From an uncultured Bdellovibrionales bacterium (lineage in GTDB: Bacteria; Bdellovibrionota_C; UBA2361; SZUA-149; CAZDWZ01): 64,000 bases of DNA. The stretch is from NCBI GenBank assembly GCA_964509425.1, contig CAZDWZ010000005.1:193604-257603 (forward strand). Reading direction: 5' to 3'. The translations under genes and the position numbers were made by a program. Shown in pieces: positions 18,586 through 28,408 of the stretch (its first letter is position 1; each line of letters opens with the position of its first letter). Below the pieces are notes generated by a model that had not been told where the DNA came from, made no database searches, and was given only the letters and a program-made list of their open reading frames with translations.

Positions 18586-19401
18586 ATGAAGGTGGAAGAT
18601 GTGGACCGTGACGCCTATTTCATGAAGCGGGCCTTGGTGCTCGCACGTCGCGGAATCCCCGGCGTTTTTCCCAACCCGCCCGTCGGCGCGGTGGTGGTCT
18701 CCGAAGGAAAAATCGTCGGACGTGGATATCATCAACGCGCGGGCGAGTCCCATGCCGAGGTGTTTGCGCTTGCGGAAGCGGGCGAACGCGCTCGCGGCGG
18801 CACTCTCTACGTTACTTTGGAGCCTTGTAATCACCACGGACGAACGCCGCCATGCACCGAAGCGGTCCTCAAGGCCGGCGTGAGTCGGGTCGTGATCTCA
18901 TGTCTCGATCCGAATCCGCAGGTCTCGGGTGGTGGGCGGGCTCGGCTCGAGGGGGCTGGAGTTCTGGTCTCGGACGGTTGCGAATCCGAGTCAGGTGAAT
19001 CGCTGCTTCGAACCTGGAAGCACCGGGTGAAAAACGGGACCGCGTGCCGAGCAGTTGCCGTGGGGCGCTCGCTCGAAGGGAGATTTTTCGTGACCTCGCA
19101 GGAATGGACGGCGAGACTTTCTCCAGTCGCGAAACGGGTGCTCGAGCGACAGAAAAAATTCTTCGAAAAAGAAGGAGATTTTTCGCTCCCCGAAGGTCAT
19201 TCCGTGAAACAGTTGCTGCGTCACACGCCGAACATCATTTTCGTATATATCCTCCCGATTTTTCTAGGAGAGCAAGGCGCATTTCTCGAGGGCCAACAAT
19301 CAGATGCGGCCGAAGTTTCCCCACAACTTCCGGGAATGCTACATCTGCTCAGTGTCCGGAAGTTGGGGCAAACTGCTCTTGCTGAATATGGAGTCCGCTG
19401 A
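18586..19401 (+). CDS. ribD: Riboflavin biosynthesis deaminase RibD; the deaminase domain is intact but the C-terminal reductase domain is short and atypical
   Basis: Carries the CMP/dCMP deaminase zinc motifs HAEV...LEPCNHHGRTPPC. At 271 aa it is well short of the usual ~360. The C-terminus retains only a ...VYILPIFLGE trace of the reductase end. Confidence 0.7.
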   Translation: MKVEDVDRDAYFMKRALVLARRGIPGVFPNPPVGAVVVSEGKIVGRGYHQRAGESHAEVFALAEAGERARGGTLYVTLEPCNHHGRTPPCTEAVLKAGVSRVVISCLDPNPQVSGGGRARLEGAGVLVSDGCESESGESLLRTWKHRVKNGTACRAVAVGRSLEGRFFVTSQEWTARLSPVAKRVLERQKKFFEKEGDFSLPEGHSVKQLLRHTPNIIFVYILPIFLGEQGAFLEGQQSDAAEVSPQLPGMLHLLSVRKLGQTALAEYGVR

Positions 19402-19402
19402 A

Positions 19403-20029
19403 ATGTTTTCGGGTGTGATTCGAGATACGGCGCGGGTGAGCGCCATCGAGAGTGTAGAAAATGGGGCCGTACTTCGGCTCGCCTCTTCCGTTTTTTCCTC
19501 GAAGAGTCTCTCGCTTCACCCGTTGAAGGTCGGTGATTCGATCTCGATATCCGGTGTCTGTCTTACCGCTATTGCGTTTGACGCTACAAAGGAAGAGGCG
19601 GATTTTGACATCGCCTCCGAGACACTCCGAAGAACGACGCTCGGCACGCTGAAACCGGGAGAGAGCTGTCATCTCGAAACCAGCCTCAAGCTCGGTGACA
19701 GTATCGACGGACATTTCGTATTCGGCCATGTGGACACGACGGCTCGGCTCTTATCGAAGATCGCAGAGGGCGAGACGATTCGATTTGAGTTCTCACTCTC
19801 ACCTGAGATTGCGTCCAAAGTCGCCGTGAAGGGCAGCATCTCGCTCGACGGAGTGAGTCTGACGGTTGGTGAGGTTACCGACCATAGTTTCTCTGTCTAC
19901 CTTATCCCGCACACGCTGCAAAACACCCGCTTCGGAGGGCTTCAGCCCGGAGAGCTTGTGAACGTCGAGGTCGATATGCTTGCTCGCTATGCAGAGCGCG
20001 TCATTCAGTTTTCGCGGGGAGATTTGTGA
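19403..20029 (+). CDS. ribE: Riboflavin synthase (alpha chain)
   Basis: Carries MFSGVIRD...ISISGVCLTA...GHFVFGHVD, the duplicated lumazine-binding repeats. Confidence 0.85.
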   Translation: MFSGVIRDTARVSAIESVENGAVLRLASSVFSSKSLSLHPLKVGDSISISGVCLTAIAFDATKEEADFDIASETLRRTTLGTLKPGESCHLETSLKLGDSIDGHFVFGHVDTTARLLSKIAEGETIRFEFSLSPEIASKVAVKGSISLDGVSLTVGEVTDHSFSVYLIPHTLQNTRFGGLQPGELVNVEVDMLARYAERVIQFSRGDL

Positions 20030-21297
20030 AAGCGGTTGATACGGTCACAACGCAGGACACCGCCGCGAAGGATCCCGTTTCGGAGGCTATTCGCGTGATG
20101 GCCGAAGGCGGAATGGTCGTTCTGATTGATGACGCCGATCGCGAGAACGAAGGCGACCTGGTCGTCGCCGCCGATAAAGTGACTCCTGAAATTCTCTCGT
20201 TCATGTTCTCGTTTGGTCGGGGTCTTGTTTGTCTCGCGCTTCCGGAAGAGCGCCTTCAAGCACTCGGGCTTCCGCGGCAAGTTGCGGAAAATTCTTCGCC
20301 GCTCGGAACGAATTTCGCCGTTAGCTTCGATCACAAATCGGCCGCCGGAAGCGGAGTGACCGCCGCCGGTCGCGCAAAGACAATTCTTGAATCCGTCAAA
20401 CCAGAAGTCAGTGCGAGCGAATTTGTCCGGCCTGGATTTGTATTTCCGTTAGGGGCTGTCCCCGGAGGTGTACTTCGCCGGCGAGGACAGACTGAAGGCT
20501 CAGTGGATCTCGCGAGGCTTGCAGGCTGTTTTCCTGCCGGAGTTATCTGCGAGATCATGGACGACGATGGGACGATGCTTCGCGGAGAGGCGCTGAACAA
20601 ATATTGTGAGACTCACAAGCTTCCGCTCGTCAGCATCGCTGAGTTGGTTCAGTATCGTATCGACCGAGAGACCAGCGTTCGGCGTGTTGCTGAGCTTGAG
20701 TTGACCGAATCATCGATGTTCTCCCGAACGGAGGAGCTGAGCGCTTTGGTATCGCAAGCAGGACATCGGGCGAAGCTCTATGTCTACACGGATGACGTCG
20801 ACGGCCGGGAGCATTTCGCAATCGTCTGCGGAACTCCCGGAAAAGACGCGCTCGTCCGGGTGCACTCCGAATGCCTGACAGGGGATATATTTGGGAGCCG
20901 CCGTTGTGATTGCGGTTTCCAACTAACCGAGTCTCTGAAACGCATCTTCGAAAGCGGCACCGGTGCCCTTGTGTATCTCCACCAAGAGGGAAGGGGGATT
21001 GGACTTTCAAACAAGCTGCGTGCGTATGAGCTTCAGGACAAAGGGTTCGACACGGTCGAGGCAAACGTGAAGCTTGGATTCTCTATCGACGACAGAAGCT
21101 ATCGTACCGCGGCAAGAATTCTGAGCGATCTCGCGCTCACCTCGATTCGCCTGATGACGAATAATCCAGAAAAGATCACCTCGCTATCGCGTTACGGCAT
21201 TCAAATAGCTGAGCGAGTTTCGATTCTCGCTCCCGTAGATGAGTATAACCGCAGCTACCTCGAGACCAAGCGGAGTAAGCTTGGGCACCTAAATTAA
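20026..21297 (+). CDS. ribBA: Bifunctional 3,4-dihydroxy-2-butanone-4-phosphate synthase / GTP cyclohydrolase II
   Basis: The N-terminal domain matches DHBP synthase (DRENEGDLV). The C-terminal domain matches GTP cyclohydrolase II (HSECLTGDIFGSRRCDCG). Confidence 0.9.
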   Translation: MKAVDTVTTQDTAAKDPVSEAIRVMAEGGMVVLIDDADRENEGDLVVAADKVTPEILSFMFSFGRGLVCLALPEERLQALGLPRQVAENSSPLGTNFAVSFDHKSAAGSGVTAAGRAKTILESVKPEVSASEFVRPGFVFPLGAVPGGVLRRRGQTEGSVDLARLAGCFPAGVICEIMDDDGTMLRGEALNKYCETHKLPLVSIAELVQYRIDRETSVRRVAELELTESSMFSRTEELSALVSQAGHRAKLYVYTDDVDGREHFAIVCGTPGKDALVRVHSECLTGDIFGSRRCDCGFQLTESLKRIFESGTGALVYLHQEGRGIGLSNKLRAYELQDKGFDTVEANVKLGFSIDDRSYRTAARILSDLALTSIRLMTNNPEKITSLSRYGIQIAERVSILAPVDEYNRSYLETKRSKLGHLN

Positions 21298-21327
21298 AAT
21301 TCGTTTTTTGAATCTGGAGACACAAAC

Positions 21328-21816
21328 GTGGAAAACATCGCGAAGGGACAACAAGCGCCTGATTTTAATCTGACCGATCGGACAGGGAAGGTGCACTCGC
21401 TGCGAACCATAAAGGAGGACTTCGTCGTTCTTTTCTTTTATCCGAAGGACGACACGCCCGGGTGCACGACCGAGGCACTTGGCTTCGAAGCCGATATGGA
21501 GAAGTATCAGCGATTAAATGCCGCGGTCGTCGGAATCTCGGGTGGAACCGACAAGACGAAGGCGAAATTTTGCGATAAACACAGTCTCGAGAAAATTCTC
21601 CTCCTCACGGACGGCGATTTCTCGCTCGCGAAGGCGTATGAGTCGTACGGCGAGAAAATGTTCATGGGGAAGAAATACCTCGGTATTCTTCGCCAGACGT
21701 TTCTCTTGGATAAAGAGCGGCGGATAGTCGAGATTGTTGAGAAAGTGGACCCGAAATCACATTCCGCAGAAGTTCTCGAACTGATCCGCTTGAATTCAGT
21801 TGATAAAGCTGCTTGA
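21328..21816 (+). CDS. bcp: Thiol peroxidase (peroxiredoxin Bcp)
   Basis: Carries FYPKDDTPGCTTEA. The start is a GTG. Confidence 0.8.
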   Translation: MENIAKGQQAPDFNLTDRTGKVHSLRTIKEDFVVLFFYPKDDTPGCTTEALGFEADMEKYQRLNAAVVGISGGTDKTKAKFCDKHSLEKILLLTDGDFSLAKAYESYGEKMFMGKKYLGILRQTFLLDKERRIVEIVEKVDPKSHSAEVLELIRLNSVDKAA

Positions 21817-21870
21817 ATCCCCCGGATTTTGTTGGGACGAGTTCAAGCGAAGTATTAAAAGGAATCCAGC

Positions 21871-22791
21871 GTGGCATGGTTTTCACGAAGTAAGGCGCCG
21901 AAACCGACCGGCGAAGATGCGGATAAGATCCAGCTTCCTGGTGGGCTTTGGGAGAAATGTCCGGGTTGCGCGGAGATTATCTACAGCCGCGAGCTCAGCC
22001 GTAACCGTATGGTTTGTCCGAAGTGCTCGCATCACTTCCGGCTTTCGGCGGAACAGCGAATTGCGCTCCTGTGCGACAGAAACTCGTTCGATGAATTTGA
22101 CGCAAATCTCCGATCAAACGACCCCCTCAATTTTAAATGGACGATGCGCTATCGCGAACGTCTGAAGAAGGCAGAAAAGGATACCGCCACGGTCGAGGCA
22201 GTGAGAACGGGTCGCGCGAGGATGAACGGACGCCCCGTCATGCTCGCTGTGTTCAACTTCGCGTTCCTCAGCGGGAGTATGGGTACCGTGGTGGGCGAGA
22301 AGCTCACTCGAGTCGCCGAAGCAGCGGCGACGGAGGAGATTCCGTTGATTTTTGTTTCCGCGTCCGGCGGAGCGCGAATGCATGAGGGAATTTACTCTCT
22401 CATGCAGATGGCAAAGGTTACTGCGGCGCTGGTAAGGCTGGCAGAGAAAGGTCAGCCATTCATTTCGGTGCTCGCTGATCCGACGCTAGGCGGTGTTGCG
22501 GCATCGTTTGCAATGCTGGGCGACATCAACATTGCAGAGCCCAATGCGGAGATTGGTTTTGCAGGCTCTCGAGTTATCGAGCAGACTATTCGCGCTAAAC
22601 TCCCTGAAGGCTTTCAAAGAGCGGAATTCCTGTTGCAACACGGCATGCTAGACCTTATCGTTGAGCGTGGAAAACTGAAGGAAACGCTTTCGCATTTGCT
22701 CGATCTTCTTTCACCTGCGGGACCGGTTTCGGTTGCGGGAGCGAATGCAGGGGCAAACTCGAACGGCGCAGCGTTTCCCAGCAGGCTTTGA
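21871..22791 (+). CDS. accD: Acetyl-CoA carboxylase carboxyltransferase subunit beta
   Basis: N-terminal zinc finger CPGCAEIIYSREL...CPKCSHH, followed by the carboxyltransferase domain. Confidence 0.9.
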   Translation: MAWFSRSKAPKPTGEDADKIQLPGGLWEKCPGCAEIIYSRELSRNRMVCPKCSHHFRLSAEQRIALLCDRNSFDEFDANLRSNDPLNFKWTMRYRERLKKAEKDTATVEAVRTGRARMNGRPVMLAVFNFAFLSGSMGTVVGEKLTRVAEAAATEEIPLIFVSASGGARMHEGIYSLMQMAKVTAALVRLAEKGQPFISVLADPTLGGVAASFAMLGDINIAEPNAEIGFAGSRVIEQTIRAKLPEGFQRAEFLLQHGMLDLIVERGKLKETLSHLLDLLSPAGPVSVAGANAGANSNGAAFPSRL

Positions 22792-22825
22792 TTTTCCCAC
22801 TAGGCTTTGAACCGGGTATCGTCCT

Positions 22826-25420
22826 TTGCACAGCAAGAACTTTGGTGGAAATCGGAACGCCTTCGCGCTCGTCGTCGAAGTGCTTCTCGTCGTTTTTGCT
22901 CTGTTTCCTTTCGCTCTCGTCTCCATTGAATTGCTCTCGGTGGATGCCGTTGCCCAAACGATTCCGCCGCCTGACCGCGACTATCTCTTCTCTGAAGATC
23001 GGGACCGCCGGTTAAAGCGAGACTTTCGAAGTCAGCGCTCCGCCGAGATCGAACGGAAGAAAAAGGTGTACCAGCAGGCAGAGAAATCTGGGAAGCTTCC
23101 GTTCAATGTCAGCGCGAAGACCATCAACTACGATCGCACGGGAACCAAGCTCCTTGCTGAAGGCGGGCTTATCATCACCTACTCCTCGATGATTCTCGAA
23201 GCGATGAATGGCACGGTGGATCTCACGGCGAACCGGGCGGAGGTGTCTGATCAGGTGAGGATCACGGACGTCACCGGAAGCATCGTCGCGGATTCCGCCG
23301 AGGTGAACTTGAAGGACGGTTCGGGAACCATCAAAAATGCTGACATACACTTCGCGGAAGGTGATTTCCATATCAAAGCCAAAGAGGCGGGTCGGACCGG
23401 GGACGAAACCTACATCTTGAAGGATACGACGCTGACCACCTGTCAGTGCGCCGACGACGAGAACTGCGCTCCGTGGCGGATTCGCGCGGGCGAGGGAAAG
23501 ATCGTCAAAAACGGCTACGGGCAAGTCTGGGACGCGACTCTGGAAGTTTTTGACGTTCCGGTTTTTTACACTCCGTATCTGCTCTTCCCGGCAAAAAGCG
23601 AGCGGCAATCTGGGCTGCTTCCGGCCACGTTCGGACAAGGCCGCACCGGCTTTGAGCTCGAGCTGCCGTTTTACTGGGCGATTGACGACTCGTCGGACAT
23701 GACGCTTCGCCCCGTGATGCAGACGCGCGCTCGCTATGGAGGAGTGGTCGACTATCGGGAGATGTTCTCCGAGAAGAGCAACATCAAAGGGCAGTTCCTG
23801 TATTTCGACGAGACGATGCGGGACGGAAAGGCGCTCGGCTCGAACGTCAGCGTTTTAGAGGGCGACGATTTACCGATTAACAGATTCGGCGGCGTGCTCT
23901 CTCAAAACTGGCGAGGAGATGTCGCCGGGCATGAGTTCCAAACCGTAATTGACGGACACGCGGTGAGCGACGACCTCCTGCTCCGAGAATACGAAAGAAC
24001 AGATATCGCGCCGTATAACTCGCCGTACCTCACATCGAGGGCAGCGCTCCGCACAAAGCTTCCTGCTGATTTTTCTTTTGAACTGGCGGGTGAATACAAC
24101 CAGAGAATGTCGGGTTCGGACAGCTTGGTGTTCCAACGTCTTCCCGAAGCTCAGGTAAACGGCCTCCATATATTCCGGCCGTTCGGCGAAAACGACCTCG
24201 GCCTGAAAATGGTGAGCAGCTCGACGGTTGATGCGACGAACTTCACTCGTATCGATCAGTATACGGGCGCGAGATACGAGGCGTATCAAAGTTTGAAATT
24301 CCCGTTCCATTTGAGAAATATCTTCGATGCTCAGTTTGAGGGAAACGTGCGGGCATCGCAGTACTCACTGAGTGAAACGGAGCAAATTATCGCTGACCCG
24401 GCTAATCCAGGGCAAACGAAGACCATCGATCTCAAGGACTCATCTGATCGAGTTGTGCCCGGGTTCAACGCGAAGATCGGTTCGGTGCTCGAAAAGGTAA
24501 TCGATCTCGATGACGACAGTTTCATCAAGGGAATCGCCGAGCTCGGACGTGTCGGCCGCTCTCAGGAGCTGAAGCGTTTGAAACACACCCTCGAGCCGAC
24601 CGTAAGCTATCGCCTTGTTCCGCAGGTTGATCAAAGCGAGAATCCTCTCTTCGACTCGTACGACCGTCTCGCGCAACGAAATGTCATGACCTATGGCCTC
24701 ACGCAGCGAATTTTCGGCCGCTATGAGCCGCGAAATCAGTACCTCTATGGAATCGAGGAAGTTACTCCGAGTCTTCGTGGGCTCGGGAACCTTCGGGGCA
24801 CCGGTCCGATCGATGATAAGTTGGGATTCGGCGTCGACGACGTTTCGAGCGCGGACTTCCAGCGCCTCCGAATCGGATCGTTGAAGGAGCTTGCGAGCTT
24901 CAAACTCAGTCAGAGCTATAATTTCATCACGCAGGATGCCACCACCGGCGATGAGCTCGATCCATACTCTGACGTCCTCGCCGACATGACGCTCTTTCCG
25001 AACGAATATGTGGCCCTTCACGGGCGGACGAACTTTAACGTCCAGGATCGGGATTTCACGTCGTATATGATGGAAGGCCAGCTTCAGAATAAGCGAGGTG
25101 ACCAGATCCGAGCCCGGTTCGATGTGACCGGTCAAACCGTCCGCCAGCTTCATTCGAACATCGAGTTTGGAATCACCGATTACACACGCATCGGACATTA
25201 CGCGACGTTCGAAGCAATATCCGGTAAATTTACCGAGAATCGTGCTGGACTTCGGTTCCTCAGCAGTTGTAAATGCTGGACCTTCGATATGGACGTGATC
25301 GATAAGATCAATCCAGATCAAACGAGTTTTCTGGTCGGAATTACTCTTGTCGGTCTTGGAGAGCTGAACCAGAGGGTCATGTCGTCTTTTAGTGGGGCTG
25401 CAGGCAGTTCCAGTCCGTAG
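22826..25420 (+). CDS. lptD: LPS-assembly outer-membrane protein LptD (OstA family)
   Basis: 864 aa with a signal-like N-terminus, the OstA N-terminal domain, and then a long beta-barrel region rich in Y/F/D. Confidence 0.75.
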   Translation: MHSKNFGGNRNAFALVVEVLLVVFALFPFALVSIELLSVDAVAQTIPPPDRDYLFSEDRDRRLKRDFRSQRSAEIERKKKVYQQAEKSGKLPFNVSAKTINYDRTGTKLLAEGGLIITYSSMILEAMNGTVDLTANRAEVSDQVRITDVTGSIVADSAEVNLKDGSGTIKNADIHFAEGDFHIKAKEAGRTGDETYILKDTTLTTCQCADDENCAPWRIRAGEGKIVKNGYGQVWDATLEVFDVPVFYTPYLLFPAKSERQSGLLPATFGQGRTGFELELPFYWAIDDSSDMTLRPVMQTRARYGGVVDYREMFSEKSNIKGQFLYFDETMRDGKALGSNVSVLEGDDLPINRFGGVLSQNWRGDVAGHEFQTVIDGHAVSDDLLLREYERTDIAPYNSPYLTSRAALRTKLPADFSFELAGEYNQRMSGSDSLVFQRLPEAQVNGLHIFRPFGENDLGLKMVSSSTVDATNFTRIDQYTGARYEAYQSLKFPFHLRNIFDAQFEGNVRASQYSLSETEQIIADPANPGQTKTIDLKDSSDRVVPGFNAKIGSVLEKVIDLDDDSFIKGIAELGRVGRSQELKRLKHTLEPTVSYRLVPQVDQSENPLFDSYDRLAQRNVMTYGLTQRIFGRYEPRNQYLYGIEEVTPSLRGLGNLRGTGPIDDKLGFGVDDVSSADFQRLRIGSLKELASFKLSQSYNFITQDATTGDELDPYSDVLADMTLFPNEYVALHGRTNFNVQDRDFTSYMMEGQLQNKRGDQIRARFDVTGQTVRQLHSNIEFGITDYTRIGHYATFEAISGKFTENRAGLRFLSSCKCWTFDMDVIDKINPDQTSFLVGITLVGLGELNQRVMSSFSGAAGSSSP

Positions 25421-25648
25421 AGAACCTTGTCCCTACTACTCGGCCGATGCCGAACCAGCAAAATCTCGTGCTTCGACACGGAAAGAGCTATGCCGAGGGC
25501 TCCATTTTGTTTCGAGATGTAAAGGTCGGAGCGTGGGGTGAATTTGCCGTTTATTCGGCGGAGACTGTATCTCAGAAATCTGTTCATCTCAGAACCTGGG
25601 AGCGGCTCCGGGATTTTCTGAGTGCGTGAAGTTTGAAGAGGAGGAAAG

Positions 25649-26389
25649 ATGAAGGGAGTCATTTTGGCCGGTGGTTTGGGCACACGCCTTCACCCTTGCA
25701 CCTTGGTCACGAACAAGCATCTGCTGCCGGTCTACGATCAGCCGATGATTTACTACCCGATTCGCACTCTCATCAATGCCGGCATCACCGACATCCTCAT
25801 TGTTACCGGTGGGCCGTTTGCGGGTGACTTCTTGAAGTTGTTGGGAAACGGCAAGAACTTCGGATTGCAGCACTTAAATTACACCTACCAAGAAGGCGAA
25901 GGCGGGATCGCGGCAGCGCTGTCCCTCGCTGAGTATTTCGTCGCCGGTGAGCGAGTCTGCGTGATCCTCGGGGATAATCTCATCGAGGGAGATATCAGAG
26001 CGGCGAAGGAATCCTACGACAAGCAGCCGACGGGAGCGAAGATCATCCTGAAGGAAGTCGACGATGCTCACCGGTTCGGTGTGGCCGAGCTCGACGGAAA
26101 TCGTGTCGCGCGCATCGTTGAGAAGCCGAAGCAGCCGAAAAGCAATTGGGCGGTCACCGGCATTTATTTCTACGACGAAACGGTCTTCGAGTTTATCCGT
26201 GGTCTCGCGCCATCTCAACGTGGTGAGCTCGAAATCACCGACGTGAACAACATGTACATCGAGCGCGGTGACCTCACCTTTGATCCGTTGAAGGGGTGGT
26301 GGACCGACGCTGGAACATTTGAGTCGCTTCGTCGCGCCTCGAATCTCGTCGCACAAAGCGGAGCGAACCGTCTCGATCTCGGGAAATGA
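25649..26389 (+). CDS. Glucose-1-phosphate thymidylyltransferase-like sugar nucleotidyltransferase (short form)
   Basis: Starts MKGVILAGGLGTRLHPCT...LLPV, the nucleotidyltransferase signature. It lies upstream of rmlB and rmlD. Confidence 0.7.
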   Translation: MKGVILAGGLGTRLHPCTLVTNKHLLPVYDQPMIYYPIRTLINAGITDILIVTGGPFAGDFLKLLGNGKNFGLQHLNYTYQEGEGGIAAALSLAEYFVAGERVCVILGDNLIEGDIRAAKESYDKQPTGAKIILKEVDDAHRFGVAELDGNRVARIVEKPKQPKSNWAVTGIYFYDETVFEFIRGLAPSQRGELEITDVNNMYIERGDLTFDPLKGWWTDAGTFESLRRASNLVAQSGANRLDLGK

Positions 26390-26417
26390 CGGTTCCGAAG
26401 GGCGAGGAAAGAACTTT

Positions 26418-27476
26418 ATGGGTCAAGCAGTGAACATGAGAATGCTCGTCACCGGCGGAGCCGGGTTCATCGGATCAAATTTTGTCAGATGGATTTTCGA
26501 GCGTGAAGGGAAATCCTTCGGGCCACAGCGCATCGTCGTGCTCGACGCGCTGACCTACGCCGGCAACCTTGCGAATTTGGAGGGCCTCGAAGGCAACTAC
26601 GACTATCGATTCGTCCGCGGCGATATTCGAGACCACGAGTTCGTTACCGAGCTCATGCGCGAAGAGCGGATCGATACGATCGTCAACTTTGCTGCGGAGA
26701 GTCACGTCGATCGGTCAATTCTCGATCCTCTTGCATTCGTCCGGACGAATGTCGAGGGCACGCAGGTGCTCCTGAACGCCGGGATGGAGTGCAGCGTCAA
26801 GCGTTATTTGCAAATCTCCACGGATGAAGTCTATGGATCGCTCGGGCCGGAAGGTCGGTTCACGGAGACGACACCGCTCGATCCAAGCAGCGCATACTCC
26901 GCTTCGAAGGCGGCGGCGGATCTGCTGGTGCTTGCGATGAACCGCACGCACGGATTTCCGTCGATGGTCACCCGTTGCTCGAATAACTACGGCCCCTTTC
27001 AATTTCCTGAAAAGCTCATCCCGTTGTTCGTCACGAATGCCCTCGCGGACAAGCCGCTTCCGCTCTATGGAGACGGCAAAAACGTCAGAAGTTGGCTCCA
27101 TGTTGATGATCACTCTAGAGCGATCATGATGGTGCTCTCCGGCGGGAAACCCGGCGAGGTGTATAACATCGGTGGTGCGCCGGAGTCAGAGAAGGAAAAC
27201 CGGGAAGTAACGGCAACTATCTTGAAGCTGCTTGGAAAGCCCGACGACCTTATTCGACGAGTCGAAGATCGAAAAGGTCACGATCGTCGCTACGCTGTTG
27301 ATTATTCAAAAATCAATCGAGAGCTCGGCTGGACCCCTGCGATCACTTTCGACGCAGGGATTCGAGACACGGTTGAATGGTACGTGAAGCACCGCACTTG
27401 GTGGGAGTCCGTGAAGACGGGCGAGTATCAGGATTTTTATGAGCGGTATTACGGCAATCGTCTGGGCATACAATGA
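26418..27476 (+). CDS. rfbB: dTDP-glucose 4,6-dehydratase
   Basis: Carries MRMLVTGGAGFIGSNFV and YSASKAAADLL. An AGGA sequence lies 9 nt upstream of the ATG at 26418. Confidence 0.85.
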   Translation: MGQAVNMRMLVTGGAGFIGSNFVRWIFEREGKSFGPQRIVVLDALTYAGNLANLEGLEGNYDYRFVRGDIRDHEFVTELMREERIDTIVNFAAESHVDRSILDPLAFVRTNVEGTQVLLNAGMECSVKRYLQISTDEVYGSLGPEGRFTETTPLDPSSAYSASKAAADLLVLAMNRTHGFPSMVTRCSNNYGPFQFPEKLIPLFVTNALADKPLPLYGDGKNVRSWLHVDDHSRAIMMVLSGGKPGEVYNIGGAPESEKENREVTATILKLLGKPDDLIRRVEDRKGHDRRYAVDYSKINRELGWTPAITFDAGIRDTVEWYVKHRTWWESVKTGEYQDFYERYYGNRLGIQ

Positions 27477-28408
27477 TCACGGGAAATTCGGTTCTCGTCA
27501 TTGGGGCGCGAGGAATGCTCGCTTCCGACGTGATCCCACTCTTAAAGGAACGCGATAACAGGCTTTCCCTGTGTGATCTCATCGGAGGAGACCTTGACGG
27601 GTTACCCGTCCAGACATGCGATCTTGCCGATCGTGTCAGTGTCGCGCGAGTTCTCGACCTCGAGAAGCCAAAAGTCATCTTGAACCTCGCGGCTTTCACT
27701 GCGGTGGATGCTGCCGAGAAAGATTATTCGAAGGCTTTTGCCGTAAACGGCATGGGCCCTGCGATTCTTGCGAATTGGGCGAACTTAAACTCCGCGATCG
27801 TCGTTCATATTTCCACGGATTATGTATTTGGCGGTGACGCTGAGCTTGCTCGTTTAAGGGCGCCGATTCCCGAAACACATCCGACACAGCCGTGTGGAAT
27901 CTACGGTGAGAGCAAGCGCATGGGCGAGGAGATGGTGAGAGCCATCGCCCCCGAATCGTCTCTTATTCTCCGGACGAGTTGGCTGCATGGGCTCGGCGGA
28001 CCGAATTTTGTGGATACGATCCGGAAAGTTTTGCACGAGCGGCTGAAGTCCGGAGAAAACACGCCGCTTCGCGTGGTCGACGATCAAATCGGGTCGCCCA
28101 CGTATTCCAAATGGCTTGCAGAAATAATGCTCGAACTCGTCGACCGGAATGCGCGGGGGACCTTTCATACGTGTTCACGCGGCGACATTTCGTGGTTCGA
28201 ATTCGCGAAGGAGATTGCTGCGATCGAAGCGCCTTCAATTTCCGTTCATCCACAAACATCTTCCGAGCTTTCGCGCCCAGCACCTCGTCCACCGTATTCC
28301 ACGCTTGATGTCTCGAAGTTAGAGAAGTTTCTCGGTAAGGAGTGTCCTTCGTGGAAGGACGGGCTCCGCGCCCATTTGGATCTGAGGAGGAGCCGGAGCA
28401 ATGGCTAA
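27473..28408 (+). CDS. rfbD: dTDP-4-dehydrorhamnose reductase
   Basis: VLVIGARGMLASDV is RmlD-like. Its start overlaps the rfbB stop. Confidence 0.8.
   Translation: MITGNSVLVIGARGMLASDVIPLLKERDNRLSLCDLIGGDLDGLPVQTCDLADRVSVARVLDLEKPKVILNLAAFTAVDAAEKDYSKAFAVNGMGPAILANWANLNSAIVVHISTDYVFGGDAELARLRAPIPETHPTQPCGIYGESKRMGEEMVRAIAPESSLILRTSWLHGLGGPNFVDTIRKVLHERLKSGENTPLRVVDDQIGSPTYSKWLAEIMLELVDRNARGTFHTCSRGDISWFEFAKEIAAIEAPSISVHPQTSSELSRPAPRPPYSTLDVSKLEKFLGKECPSWKDGLRAHLDLRRSRSNG

Noticed and set aside
25447-25629. 60-aa ORF between lptD and the nucleotidyltransferase gene
   Set aside because: It has no RBS and is short. It lies in a probable promoter region.
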